Made by a program: the position numbers and the translations under genes. This document shows, piece after piece, positions 33,293 through 47,048 of a stretch of 64,000 bases of DNA. This DNA comes from the human T2T-CHM13v2.0 reference genome, Homo sapiens: NCBI RefSeq assembly GCF_009914755.1, contig NC_060947.1; one strand, given 5' to 3'. The notes beneath the pieces were generated by a model. It did not search any database. It saw nothing but the letters and a program-made list of their open reading frames with translations, and was not told the DNA's origin. The first letter of the stretch is position 1, and every line of letters begins with the position of its first letter.

Positions 33293-33727
33293 TTTTCTTT
33301 TCTTTTTTTTTTCTATTATACTTTAAGTTCTAGGGTACATGTGCACAACGTGCAAGTTTGTTACATAGATATACATGTGCCATGTTGGTTTGCTGCACCC
33401 ATCAACTTGTCATTTACATTAGGTATTTCTCCTAATGCTATCCCTCCCCCAGCCCCCCAACCCCTGACAGGCCGCGGTGTGTGATGTTCTCCGCCCTGTG
33501 TCCAAGTGATCTCATCATTCAATTCCCACCTATGAGTGAGAACATGTGGTGTTTGGTTTCCTGTCCTTGTGATAGTTTGCTGAGAATGATGGTTTCCAGC
33601 TTCACCCATGTCCCTGCAAAGGACATTAACTCATCCATTTTTATGGCTGCATAGTATTCCATGGTGTATATGTGCCACATTTTCTTAATCCAGTCTATCA
33701 TTGATGGACATTTGGGTTGGTTCCAAG
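33293..33727 (-). mobile_element. 5'-truncated L1PA (about L1PA6-L1PA7) 3' end
   Basis: 'ttatactttaagttctagggtacatgtgcacaacgtgc...ggacatttgggttggttccaag'. ORF 33519..33701(-) reads IDWIKKMWHIYTMEYYAAIK. Confidence 0.95.
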
Positions 33728-34142
33728 ATACTGTCCATTTTATTAGCCTTTTTGTAAAGATGTATCCACTAATGCATAAGTTACCTTAAGTCACAAAGAA
33801 TAACCTGAAGTGGATGACTTAATCCTTGATCATTCTCCTCTGGAATGAGCATTTGATCATGGGTTTTCACAGGCACCTCTGCCTCTTTTAAAACCACATT
33901 ATATTTTAGAGCTATCTCCTCCCTGACTGTTGCCTTACTGCCAAGGACTCAGGATTTCAATCTAAGTTACTACAAAGTCAGCAGGGACTTCTGATTGATC
34001 AGTAAATATTTATACACAACTCCATCCTAGGAAACAATTACACATCCTTGAGCTTAATCAGGTCATCATTCTTCCAAGTTATGGTTTTAGACTTTTCTCT
34101 AAACTCCAAAAATAAAAGTAAAAATGATATTTAATTAGACAT

Positions 34143-34467
34143 TGTATTAGTCTGTTGTCATGCTGCCAATAAAGACATACCCAAGAATGGGTAATTTATA
34201 AATGAAAATGATTTAATTCACACAGTTCCACATGGCTGGGGAGGCCTCACAATCATGGCAGAAGACCGAGGGATGTCTTACCTGGTGGCAGGGAAGAGAG
34301 AGCTTGTGCAGGTGAACTCTCCTTTATAAAACCATCAGATCCTGTGAGACTTACTATCATGAGAACAGCACAGGAAAGACACCCCCTGCCCCGCCCTCAC
34401 CCATGATTCAATTACCTCCCACCGGGTCCCGCCCATGACATGTGGGAATTATGGGAGCTACAATTGA
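34143..34467 (-). mobile_element. THE1 (B/C-like) MaLR LTR lacking its first ~35 bp
   Basis: tgtattagtctgtt...ccatgattcaattacctcccaccgggtccc...gggagctacaatt. Confidence 0.88.
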
Positions 34468-35734
34468 CATCTAAACATTCAATGTTACAGGTAAAAGCCA
34501 TTCAATTCTTTTAACCAATAGCCAATAACCTCTGTTCAATTCTTTTAAGCAATAACCTTGAATGTTTATTTTCTTATTTTATACTCAAAAATACATGTAC
34601 TACAATAATCCAAACACATTTACCAACATGGGATGATACCATAGCTGAATTGACAAGCAACAGAGACGTCTCATAATCACCCTAAAATTGCTATTGGAAC
34701 TTGGCTCCCAGCCACATTTATTTTGTCTTTAGAGAAAAGCTCAATAAAACAGAGGCTGCAAACTGAACCCTAAAATAGCACTGGCCTCTCAGGCCAGGAC
34801 TTTCCCCAATCAACAACATTATGCAAAGGATGTTCCAGATTGCAGCAGCACATCCAAAATTAAATGTCAACTTGTCTGTGAAAATGGCTCAGGCCTCTCG
34901 ACCTAATGCAATGCATGTAAAATGAGTGGCCTCTGTGCACTCAGAGCCCCTCAACCAAAGGGCTGTCCATCAAAGTCACTCTTCAAATTGCATTTGAGGA
35001 AGAAGCAACAGCAGAGCATGCAGAGATTGTCAAGTGCCACACACTGCCTGTCTGTATCTCTCTTCTTCAGAAACGGCCAGAGCCCAGTGGGAACTGGAAC
35101 ACTGAGCCCTGCAAGCATTCTCTGTGAGAGAGAAGCCCCAATCTCAAAAACCAACAAGAAGCAGAAAAAGCACAATTTCCACTTAAGTGGCCAAATGCAC
35201 AGACAAGTCCAAGGGTTGTACGCACCACGAAAGTAAAAATGGCCCATGTGCTTGCGTTAGTCTTGCTGTATTGAGCATCCCTTCATTGAAAGAGGCAGAT
35301 TTTACACCATTCTCCCATCTGTATTTTGTTTTCTTGCACATAAATTTCGCTGCTTTTTATCTATTTACCAGACTCTGAAACTTCCATCTTTGTAGTTAGC
35401 GCTTCCTCCATTTTTATTCTCTGATAACTCATACTCATTCTGCAAGATTCACTTACATGTATGACCTTCTCAGGTAAGCCTTTTATAAAATTCTCTCCCC
35501 TAGAGGCAGTAAAATGGCCTTCCCAAATCATGATTTTGTAGCTTGCTATTTTATTTGCATTATAGACTTTACAACTGTATGATCATTGGGTTGTGGCTTA
35601 TGTCCTGACAGCTACACAATAGGTTACTATGTGCCTTCATCTTTTCATTCATGTTTTATCTCTTGGTACTTTTGTTTCATGGGATGGTTTTGTAAAATGG
35701 GACCTGAGAACACTTCTACTTGGAGATTTTCCTG

Positions 35735-36196
35735 GGTTAAATGGTGTCCCTCTGAAAGTTTATATGTTGAAGTCCTAAGCCTAGTCCTTCAGAATGTGAC
35801 CACATTTGGAAATAGGGTGATTGTAGATGAAATTAGTTAAGATGAAGTCATATAGGAGTAGAGTGGGTCACTATATCCCAATATGACTGGCATTCTTATA
35901 AAAGAGAGAAATTTAGTCACAGACATGCACATAAGAATATCATGTGAAGATGAAGGCAGAGATCAGAATGATGCATTTACAAGTCAACAGACACAAAAGA
36001 CTTGCAGCCAACTACCAAAATCTAAGGGAGTGGCATGGAATAGATGTGTCTCTAATAGCCTTGAGAAAGAATCAACCCTGCAGACACCTTGACCTCAGAT
36101 TTCTCCAGAACAGTGAGGGAAGAAATTTCAATTGACCATGCCACCTAGTTTGTAATTTGTAGTACTTTGTTTCAGCAGCCCCAGGGAGCTAATACG
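35735..36196 (+). mobile_element. MaLR MLT1B/C LTR
   Basis: 'cagaatgtgaccacatttggaaatagggt...gtgaagatgaaggcagagat...gcagccccagggagctaatac'. Confidence 0.82.
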
Positions 36197-36879
36197 GAGA
36201 CTTACAGTTATATTGGAAAATTGAAGTCAAGGGGAATGTCCATGTCATACTCCTTATCTTTGAAAGAAAATCACTACATTCTTTCTTCTTTCTTCTTGTG
36301 ATTTTGCTGGTTTAATATCAGAAGGGCAAACAGTTCCTTAGGGTCTAAAATCAGGAAGCTAAGCACAGGTCTCCAGTCTATCTCTGGTTCTGAAGCATGA
36401 GAAACTTCTTCTAACCAAGTAGGAGATGACAGGAGGTTAAACGGCCATGCCAAGTCATGACTTGGGATGAATCACTGAAAAGGAAGAACATCTGATGTGG
36501 TTTCCCAGACTGGTGATTCAAGAAACATACGAGATTCCACCCACAACTCCCTTTAAAAGAGGTCACACAATTTTTTTCAGAATATTCAGCTTTTAATGCT
36601 TTATCTAAGAACAAATCCATTGACAACAGACCCTGAACTATATGGTGTTAGACTTGAAGAAAACCTTTTTCTCACCTCATTTTCAAGATTCAAGAAGTAG
36701 CAATAAAAGAACGAAGAAAGTTAAATCAAATGGGATTATCATTGAAGAGCAAAATCCCGGCTTTTGAAATATAATCTCAGAAGATTTAATGAAGATCTGA
36801 GTGGCTGTTGTTGGATCATTCAATATGGTAGGAAGGAAATACCAAAAAAGATGTTTAACTTAACTTTTAACATTTTGGG

Positions 36880-37134
36880 TTTTTTTTTTGACAGAGTTTT
36901 GCTCTGTTGCCCAGGCTAAACTCCCAGGCTCAAGCAGTCCTCCCACCTCAGCCTTCTGAGCAGCTGCAACCACAGGTGTGCACCACTATGCGCCAGGTAA
37001 TTTTTTATTTTTTTTGCAGACATGGAGTCTTGCTATGTTGCCCAGGCTGGTCTTGAACTCCTGGGTTCAAGAAATTCTTCCACTTCAGCCTCCTAATGTG
37101 CTGGGATTACAGGAGCATGCCACTGCACCCAGCC
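36880..37134 (-). mobile_element. AluJ with internal deletion in the right arm
   Basis: 'gcccaggct|aaactcccaggctcaagc' lacks the ggagtgcagtgg segment. Confidence 0.88.
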
Positions 37135-37629
37135 TAAAACTTTATTAATCATGGTCTCAACAAACATCCATGCGTTGACTTTAGAGATCAGAGCAAACAT
37201 CAATTTAGGAATTCGAATGTTGAAGATCCTCAAATCCATGGACTGACTGGCTGTCTGAGTTAACCCAGGGACACCCACTCTGGGCATGTCCACCATAGGC
37301 TCGCTCATCCCACAAGGGCTAAGACAACCTCATTGTATCCTGTAGCATTGCTCTGTGTTGTGGTTCTCCATGAGATGCAGAGACAGGCACATCCCAGTTT
37401 CACTAGGAGTATCTCTTTCTTCCAAAGTCCAACTAACCACGGAAACATCCCTTTCTCTCGCAGCAGCTATGGGTCTTTCCAAACTTCAGATCTGTCCCCG
37501 AACTTTCTCAGTAAACCAAGAGCTTCCATGGGTGCAGGTCTTGGGCATCTTCATCTTGGAGTCATGAGCTTCTAATCTGATCCTTATACAACTGGTTGCT
37601 TCAGAACATGTGACACGGCAGCATAATTC

Positions 37630-37885
37630 TTTGTTATTGTAGTAAAATCCACACAACATAAAATTCACTCTTTAAAGTCTGCAACTCAGTGGGATTTAGT
37701 ACATTTACAAAGGCATGCAACCATCACCTGTATCTAATGCAAGAATATTTTCATCACTCCAAAAGGAGACCTGGAACCCATGAAACAGTCACTCATTTCC
37801 CCTCTCCAGCTCTTAGCAATTGCTAACCTACTCTCTGTCTCTATGGATTTGCCTATTCTGGCTATTTTACATAGATAAAATCTTG
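37630..37885 (-). mobile_element. L1MB-type 3' fragment
   Basis: 'cataaaattcactctttaaagt...atattttcatcactccaaaagga...tgtctctatggatttgcctattctgg'. Confidence 0.75.
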
Positions 37886-39628
37886 GGTGTGTGTTTTGAT
37901 ATAATTCTGAAGCACCAAGAAAATAAAGCCATCATGCCTAGGACTGCATTCCACAGTGAAATCGATGGATGATACAGTTTCTACTATTGCAGATAGAAAT
38001 AAAAGAAATGCCATGAGATAAATGAAAATTGCCTATGTTTTGAGATTTGTATTCATTAATTGATCATACATCATCCCTCAACTGTCCATTTATATCTTTG
38101 TCAGTCTAAATAATCCAAATACTATCATTGTCTGTACGGTCTGTCAATTATTAATCTCCCAGTGTCAGGGTAGGAAAACTGACATATCCGATTCCTCCTT
38201 TACTTTTCAATTCTCACTTTGCTAGATGCTTGTGTCATTTCTTTTTCCTGTAGACCTGTAATTCTCTCACAGATTGACATCTGCTTCCTTTGGTTTGCTT
38301 TAAACATAAATACTGAAAAAAGGACGTCATCTCTAAAGAAAGTAATTTGTTTGAAGGGAAGTTGTATTACATCTTGTCACACCAGTACCGTTCTGTTGCT
38401 CACTGACCTGATCCTCTGGGTGTCTCTTAAGTTCTGCTTGGACTTGACAGGTTTGAAAAGAGGGAAGAAACTGCACTGGTGATGTTGAAAATACAAACCA
38501 CATGAAGTAAAGATTATTTAAATTGACAACAACTACGATGACACTATTTTGCAAATGTAATCCTTTCTTTAGAAACAGATAGTCTAGAATGTGATACTTT
38601 ATGTGCAGGGGGAGAAAAAACCAATAACATCATGTCAGGCTTATCAGTCTTCATTTCCATTTCACCAACCACACCAAGAGAGACAAGAAAAAAGGCTAAA
38701 AGAAGAAAAAAAATCAAATTGAGAATTGGCTAAGCACTAATCTATGAAACCAAAATAAGCAAGCTCAGTTGAGTTAAACTTCATTAATTGAGATTATTCT
38801 CTCATATGTAATGGTTACCTTAAGATTCTTTTAATGTTTTTGTGGTTTTCTTGCTTTCCAAGTTTGCAAAATATCAACTGCAAGGGGAAAAGGTGTTTAA
38901 AATTTTAAAATAAAGCAAGGAATGGATAGAATCTGAGGTTGACACAGATTGTCCAAGTGCCAGGTTATATTTACAGAGGAAACCAAAATTACATTTACAA
39001 GTGAACTAATTATTTCTTAGCCATGTAAAGGTTTTTAAAGTAATGATTCTCATATCATTTTCATGGATTGCCTCCAATACTTTCCACTATATAGGTGAGA
39101 AGCTAGGTACCTTTAACTCCTTTATAAACAATAAATGAACTGAGTTTCCATGTGAGAGTGATTTGCCAAAACGCCTCAGCTATGAATATCTGGATCCAAA
39201 TGTGTCAGGAGAGGCTTCTTGCTGTAGGAACAACCCCCAAATCCCAGTGGCTTCACCCAACAAAAGTTCATTTCTTGCGAAGACTGAAGTCCACTATAGG
39301 TTGTCTCCATGGTAGGGAGAGATAGGTGTCCTGTCTACTTTCTTCTTCAAAGACAAAGCACATTGAGGTCACCCTGACCATCAACATTTAGCTGCCAAAT
39401 AGGATGATAGAGAGAGCGAGGTTTGGAGGAGTCTAGGTACACATAATAGGCATATGCCATACATCACTCTTGCCTCAATTCCACTGATGAGAACTAGGAA
39501 TAGTTCCTAAAAGCAAGCCATAGGACCCATTGGTCATGTCTCCAACCACATCCTCAGTTTTTGCCATCCTATTGGTTTTCTCTACTCAATTTCTCTCTCC
39601 CCATATTGTAGCCCCACAATCATGGTAG

Positions 39629-39686
39629 TAAATATTAGTATTTCCTTGAGATACAGCCTAAATATTAGTATTTCCTTGAGATACAG
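39629..39686 (+). repeat. Perfect 28-bp direct duplication separated by CC
   Basis: taaatattagtatttccttgagatacag at 39629-39656 and 39659-39686. Confidence 0.97.
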
Positions 39687-40034
39687 ATGCATATCTATGA
39701 GGCCTTCTTTTTATTCAGAAACTAATGTCTATATAATAGTAAGTGAAAGAGAAGAAGCAGGAGACAAACAAAAGAGGAAATGTTTTTAATAAAGGTGGTT
39801 TTCCAAATTGAGCAGTAAAGTGCCTTTGAGTGTCTTAAAATATCTGCGTGTTCATGTAGCAATAGAACAAGGCTCTCAAATGATAGCGTTGGCCCCCAAA
39901 AAAAGAAGCAGCTGGGATACTGGGAACCTGGAGAGACTGAAAGATGTGGAATTGAAAATTTACGCCTTCAGGGTGCTGTAACCTCAGTCCTGGGGGTCCC
40001 TGTCCCCTCCACTCCAGGCCTCTGCTCACCCTAC

Positions 40035-40700
40035 TGATAGAGACAGGAGCCAGCCAAATGCCTAGGCAGATAGGGGCAGGTCTCCGGTAAAACCCCACCT
40101 TCAAGCCAAAAGCAGCCTGAAGGCTGAAAGACTGGACTGTTGGTCCCGGATTAAACCTGCGACCCAGAGTGAGAACTTCTGTTCCTATTTGCCCACCCTT
40201 TCCTGATTGATTCTTTCTGAATAATGCCTTTTAACCAATCGAGTGTTGCCTTTTCCAATACCACCTACAGCCGACCCCTCCCCTATTCTGAGCCCATAAA
40301 AAGCTCCAGACCCAGCCACAAGGGGAGGAGAGAACCACCTGACTGCTGGGATGGGGGACCACCCCCACATCCCCTCTCCACTGAGATCTGTTCTGTTGCT
40401 CAATAAAATTCTTCTCCACACTCCTCACCCTTTAATGTCCAGTGTATCCTCATTCTTCTTGGGTGTAGTACAGGAGCTTGGGAACCACCAAAGGCAACTA
40501 CAAGCTATAATACAAGCGAGCTGGAGCATGCCCTTCCCAGCCATGGGCTGAGCCAGTGCACAAGCCAGATTCTGCTCGAGTGGCCAATTGAGTGGCTGTG
40601 TCCTGCAGCAGGTTAGTGTGGTCAAGCAAGGCCTGGGCAGAGCTTCACTGGCCAGAGATCCCCAGCTTGCAAAGTAACCAAGAAGAAAAATCCTACATCA
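40035..40700 (+). mobile_element. ERV1 solo LTR (LTR27/LTR28-like)
   Basis: tgatagagacaggagccagccaaatgcctaggcag...tcctacatca, with CCAAT, cataaaa and AATAAA in order. Perfect TSD ctac at 40031-40034 and 40701-40704. Confidence 0.85.
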
Positions 40701-40773
40701 CTACATCCTTGGATGCTACTGAGATGCTACTGAATGCTACTGAAGATCACTGGGGTGAAAATGAAGACATGTC

Positions 40774-41147
40774 CATTATGGAATGAAAATTCATGTCCCC
40801 TCCAAATTCATATGTTGAAATCCTAACCCCCAATAGGATAGTATTGGGAAGTGGGACTTTTAAGTGGTGATTACGTTTAGATGGAGTCATGAGGGTGGGT
40901 CCCCAAAATGGGACTAGTGTCTTTATAAAAAGAAGAAGAAACACAATGGCTCTCTCCTCTACCATGTGAGGACACAGTGAGCAGGCACTAACTATGAACC
41001 AGGCAAATATCCCTCCCCAGGAACTGAACGTTCTAGCACCTTATTCTTGCACTTCCAGCCTCCAGAACTGTGAGAAATAAATGTCTGTTGTTTCTAAGCT
41101 GCCTGGTTTATGATATTTTGTCGTGGCAGTCCCAATGGACTAAGACA
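40774..41147 (+). mobile_element. MaLR MLT1A-like solo LTR
   Basis: 'ccaaattcatatgttgaaatcctaaccccc...ccagcctccagaactgtgagaaataaat...gactaagaca'. TSD atgtc/gtgtc. Confidence 0.88.
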
Positions 41148-41337
41148 GTGTCCTCAGTCTCACTGACCCTCAGCTACAAAGAGTCATTGTGGGGTTTAAT
41201 GCTCTTCATCTTATCACCAAGGGCAAGAATTTCCAATGTGTCTACTTTCACCTGTTAGAAAAATCAAGGACATTTCATTTATGTTGAACCCATTGTGTAC
41301 TATGAAGCTGAAATAGGTTACATCATGGGTGGCATAA

Positions 41338-41700
<363 letters not shown>

Positions 41701-41821
41701 CCTAGTAGCATATTAAATAACTGCTATTTTCATTTTCTGTTAGTATTGCAATTAAATCTTTCTGTTATTAAGTTCTATTTGGTTGTTGTTTGTATTTAAG
41801 ATGGTACATGTAAAGGCAGAA

Positions 41822-42205
41822 TTTTTTTCTTTTTTAAGAGACAGGGTCTCACTCTGTCACCCAGGCTGGAGTGCAGTGGTATGATCATACCTCACTGCAG
41901 CCTCAACTCCTGGGCTCAAACAATCCTCCCACTTCAACCTCCCAAGTTGCAGCTATTACAGGAATGAGCTGCTATGCCTGGATAATTTTTTATTTTTTAT
42001 TTTTTAGAGACAAGGATCTCATTGTGTTGCCCAGGCTGGTCTCAAACTCCTGGTCTCAAGCAATCCTCCCACTTCAGCTTTCCGAGTAACTGGGATTATA
42101 GTCCTGCACCACCACACCCAGCTAATTAAATTTTTAGGGACAGAGTTTTCCTAGGTTGCCCTGGCTGGTCTCAAACTCCCAGCCTTAAGTGATCCTCCTG
42201 CTTCA
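41822..42205 (-). mobile_element. AluJ followed by a partial left-arm/FLAM monomer
   Basis: Dimer at 41822-42123, then 'taattaaattttt...ggctggtctcaaactcccagccttaagtgatcctcctgcttcag'. Confidence 0.85.
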
Positions 42206-42889
42206 GGAGAGGTAAAATATGTTTGTGCATAATAAGATATTAATTTGTAGTTTGAAACTTTATTTAGTAGTTTTACTATGTTTGAAAGATTTTTTTCCGA
42301 TAGTTATAACATTTTCATTTATGCAAAATATATGTAATTATCTATTTGTCATCTGCTTTCCAATTTTCTATTTCTCATGTTTCTTGTGTCAAATTGCTTT
42401 GAGTACAACTTCCATAATACTCTTCATGGTGTGGTGGGGAACATCTTTCAAAAAGTTGTGATGTTGCAAGAATTTCTATGTTTTTACCACTAAACACAAT
42501 TCTCATTTCTGTCTCTATAAACGTGCATATATAATATTAAAATGTTTTTCCAATTTGTTTTCTATTTGAAAATAACAAATCGATGTGTCTTTTCATGTTC
42601 TATGATGATATTTATAATTTTTTTCTCTATGAATTCTTTATCTGCAAAATGAAATTAATATATTTCTGTTTTATAATGAATTATTCTTTATTTCTGGTGT
42701 GAACCCCCACATAATAGGTATACATTTAAAAATGTGCTGCTATATTATACTTTCAAAATATTTTACTTAAACTTAGTCACATTTGTAAGGGGAGTTGCTT
42801 TATAGCTTTCTTTTGAAAAAGGTTCTTAAATCTCTGTGCCTGGAAGTATATAAAAATCAATGATTTTTTCTCCTTTCCCTGCATTCTAG

Positions 42890-43194
<305 letters not shown>

Positions 43195-43198
43195 AGAA

Positions 43199-43506
43199 TT
43201 CTTTCTTTCTTTATTTTTTGAGATGGAGTCTTGCTCTGTCACCTGGGCTGGAGTGCAATGGCACGATCTCAGCTCACTGCAACCTCTGCCTTCCGAGTTC
43301 AAGTGATCTCCTGCCTCAGCCTCCCGAGTAGTTGGGATTACAGGCACATGCCACCATGCCCGGCCAAGTTTTGTATTTTTTTAGTAGAGATGGGGTTTCA
43401 CCATGTTGGCCAGGCTGGTCTCAAACTGCTGACCTCAGGTAATCCACCCGCCTAGGCCTCCCAAAGTGCTGGGACTGGTTACAGGCATGAGCCACCATGC
43501 CCGGCC
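43199..43506 (-). mobile_element. AluS (Sq/Sx-like), tandem with the previous Alu
   Basis: The target motif agaat(aat) recurs near 42888, 43195 and 43514. Confidence 0.93.
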
Positions 43507-44761
43507 CCAGCCAGAATAATTTTTTTAAAACACTGAAATGATCTGTCTTTCAAGGTTTTAATAGAACTTGACTCTCAATGCACTGGGCTTTGGGGTATTA
43601 GGGATCACTCCCTGATAATTTCTTATGCTTCCTGGCAATAATTACACTTGGTTTTCAAAATCCCCTTGGAGTCAGGTTAGTAATTCATATTTTTGTAGAT
43701 AATTATTTTGTGGAACACAATCCATAATGCACCCCTCCCATCTGTGTAAATTTCATTGAGTTTCTGCATCCATTGTGAGTGAGTAGTGGAGTTGCTCACA
43801 AGTTCTTTCAATGATGAGGTTTCCAGTTCCGTTGCTGGATCTCCTTGTTGGTTTGTTTGTGTTCAGGGAAGAGATGCATAAGAGATGACTGTGCTCATTC
43901 ATAAACCACCCATTCAGTCTTTCCTAAAATCTCACTGACTTTGCCTCTTCAATATTCACAGTCCTTGATTCTTCTACCATAGTGACTATGAGACATGTGT
44001 ATACAACCTTAAAGGAAGATTCCATGATGGTGCCAGACATTTGTCTCTCAGCACTTTCTAAACGTCAGCATTCTCCAAGCTTCCGGAATGGACGCACCTC
44101 CATACTTATTCCAAATCCTTCTCTGCAACAATCTTTATCAAAACACTTGAGAGTTACCTACGACCACATTCATACATTTCTATCCTGAGTTTGTTCTTTT
44201 TGTTGCTTAAATTTGCTTATATCTCTCGCTTAAAACATGACAAAAACATACTTTTACATCTCTTTCATACTATGTTTGCTTTTCTATAGTCCCTAAAATG
44301 CTACCAACATTCGTCTAGGTCTTCTTTAACCCCTTCCTTACTTATTCCCTTGCATTTAAATAATTGCCAAGTAAACAACTGATAATCTGATAATTATGCA
44401 GCTGTTTGGGGGCTCATCCAAAATAATTATATGGTGGTTTTGTTTTATTTCTTTATATCATCACTAGGGAGGAAAATCAAAGAAATTTATAAGCCTGGTG
44501 TGTCTGGGTGAACAAAGCTTTGAAAATTCTGTGATATCTCTGTGGAATGCATGAAAGCTGAGATCCGTGTGATAGTACACTTAGAATGTATCAGGGCTTA
44601 TCATAGCAACACTCCCCAGAAGTGTGGTATTATGAATAAATCTTATTTTCCAGGCAGATTCCAAGTTTATTAGGATGCAGTGCAAGGCTCTGTATTTCAT
44701 GTTATCTTTCTCAAATACTAAGTTTCAAGGAAACTACTATTTAAGAGTTTGAAGGAAGATA

Positions 44762-44796
<35 letters not shown>
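44762..44796. repeat. (CA)n microsatellite
   Basis: Directly visible. Confidence 0.95.
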
Positions 44797-44797
<1 letters not shown>

Positions 44798-45222
44798 GAG
44801 TTAATCCCTGAACAACTCCAGGGTTAGGAGTGCCACCTTCCTCTGTAGTTCTGTAGTTGAAAATGCATATATACGTTTTACTCTTTGAAAACTTAAGTAC
44901 TAATAGCCTACTATTGAATGAACTCCTTACTGATAACATAAACATTCAATCAACACATATTTTTTATGTTATACGTATCATATACTGTGTTCTTAGAATA
45001 AAGTAAGCTAGAGAAAAGAAAGTTATTAAGAAAATCATAAGGAGGATAATATATCTACTATTCATTAAGTGGAAGTGAATCATTGTTATGGTCAATGAGT
45101 AGGCTGAGGAGAAGGAGGAAGAGGAGGGGCTTATCTTGCTTTCAGGGCTGGCAAAGGAGGAAGGAAATCCACGTATAAGTGGACCCATGCAGTTCAAACT
45201 TGTGTTGTTCAAGAGCCAACTG
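44797..45222 (-). mobile_element. Tigger2a-like TcMar-Tigger MITE
   Basis: TIR-like ends 'gagttaatccctgaacaac' and 'gttgttcaagagccaactg(ta)'. Internal 'tccacgtataagtggaccc'. Confidence 0.85.
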
Positions 45223-45229
45223 TATATGT

Positions 45230-45287
45230 ATGGAGAGAGAGAATGAGAGAGGGAGAGAAAGAGGGACACAGATGGAGATAGATAGAT

Positions 45288-45337
<50 letters not shown>

Positions 45338-45460
45338 GTGAATAGATGAATGGATGAATGGATAGATGGATGAATGGATGGATGGATGGATGGATGGATA
45401 AATAGATACATATGATTAATGGATATATAGATAGGTATGATTTATGGATAGATAGATAGG
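45230..45460. repeat. Compound (GA)n-(GATA)~12-(GGAT)n microsatellite
   Basis: Directly visible. Confidence 0.95.
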
Positions 45461-46016
45461 CAACCTCAAGGATTGAAATCATTTCAAACAGTGACTAGGA
45501 AGATCATATATATTCTAGAATTAAAGAAGGAATATGATGAGTGAGTAATGTCTTGCAACTAAAATGTTTAGATCACAAGTTGGAACCTTGCCTGTGAGCC
45601 AAAACTAATAGGATGAAATTTAAATGGGATAAACATGACACGCTTGTGTAACATGAACATGCAATACGTAGAAGATTACCAGTGACATTAATATGAATAT
45701 CCCAGATGTCATAGTGAGATGCAGAAAAGGTAGACTTCTGAAAAATTTAAAAGGTCTTTGCACCGGGTATTTCTTGCTCTTTTCTGTCTTTTTTGCATTC
45801 ATATCAATTTTCTAAGTGTTTTTTGATTTCTTTATGAATACTACCGCTTCTCTATTGCATGTAGCCTGGGGTGATGGTAATCCACAGATCTTTTTTTGTC
45901 CCCCAGCCTAGGGTGAGCACATGGCATACGACAGCTTGGGGAGATACCCCCTTCCACAAATTTAAATCTTGATGAGAGGACTGGAAGGCTTGGAGAGTGT
46001 TGACCCTCTGAGCCTG

Positions 46017-46163
46017 TTTATTATTATTATTATTATTTTTTCCTTTTTAGAGATGAGATCTTACTCTTACCCAGGCTGGTCTTGAACTTTTGGGCTCGAG
46101 CAATCCTTCTGCCTGAGCTTCCCAAAGTGTGGGGACTACAGGCGTGAGCCACCACATCCAGCC
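46017..46163 (-). mobile_element. FLAM/Alu left monomer with (TTA)n tail
   Basis: Single ~130-bp monomer. Confidence 0.85.
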
Positions 46164-46538
46164 TCTCCAAAGAATTCTATCAGCTGCATCTTGCTTAACT
46201 AAACTCTTCCACATTGAGGCTTTCATTGTAGTTTCTGCTTTCTGACTCCTGAGTACCTATTCCTAAGCCCAGTTCTGTAGTCTCCTACTAATCCTGAGAT
46301 GGTCAGAAGTCCTTCCAAAAATGCACTCTTTCTTTACTTACTAAACCAAAGCTCTTTCCTCCAGCCAAAGAAGCTCCACTCTTACTCATGAACATCACAG
46401 TTCATGTGAGCAATAACATCCACAGGCTGAAGTTTTCTCCTAACCCTGCAGGGATCTTCATTTATTTGTCATTCACTAAGAACTGTGAGTGCTTATTCTG
46501 TCTCAGGCATTGTTCTAGAAGCTCTGGATACTATAAGA

Positions 46539-47048
46539 CAGTTGTCCCCAACCTTTTTGGCACCAGGGACCAGTTTCATGGAAGACGGTTTTTCCATGGA
46601 CCAGGGGTTAGGGGATGGTTTCCAGATGATTCAAGCACATTACATTAATTGTGCCCTTTACCTCTATCATAATTACTTTGCAATATATAATGAAATAATT
46701 ATACAACTCATCATAATGTAAAATCAGTGAGAGCCCTGAGCTTGTTTCCCTGCAACTAGACAGTCCCATTTAGGGGTTGTGAGAAACAGTGACACTAGAA
46801 ACATCAGGCACTAGATTCTCATAAGGAGCACACAACCTAGACCCTCACTTGAACAGTTCACAATAGGGTTTGCGCTCCTATGAGAATCTAATGCCGTTCC
46901 TGATCTGACAGGAGGCAGAGCTCAGGTGATAATGCCAGTGATGAGGAGTGGCTGTAAATACAGATGAAGCTTCACTTGCTTGCCCACCACTCACCTCCTG
47001 CTGTATGGCCCGGTTCCTAACAGGCCACAGATCCACTGGGGACCTCTG
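46539..47048 (+). mobile_element. MER1A hAT-Charlie element, inserted in an L2 3' fragment (about 46455-47120)
   Basis: 'cagttgtccccaacctttttggcaccagggaccagtttcatggaagac...ggggacctctg'. L2-like flank 'catttatttgtcattca...tgagtgcttattctgtctcaggcattgttctag'. Confidence 0.9.

Noticed and set aside
34501-34558. Short tandem-like duplications (ttcaattcttttaa twice; atgctactga three times near 40713-40743)
   Set aside because: Ordinary slippage-scale events with no further structure.
44964-45482. 172-aa ORF with SIYL/IHP repeats
   Set aside because: It is a translation of GATA/GGAT microsatellites plus Tigger2a.
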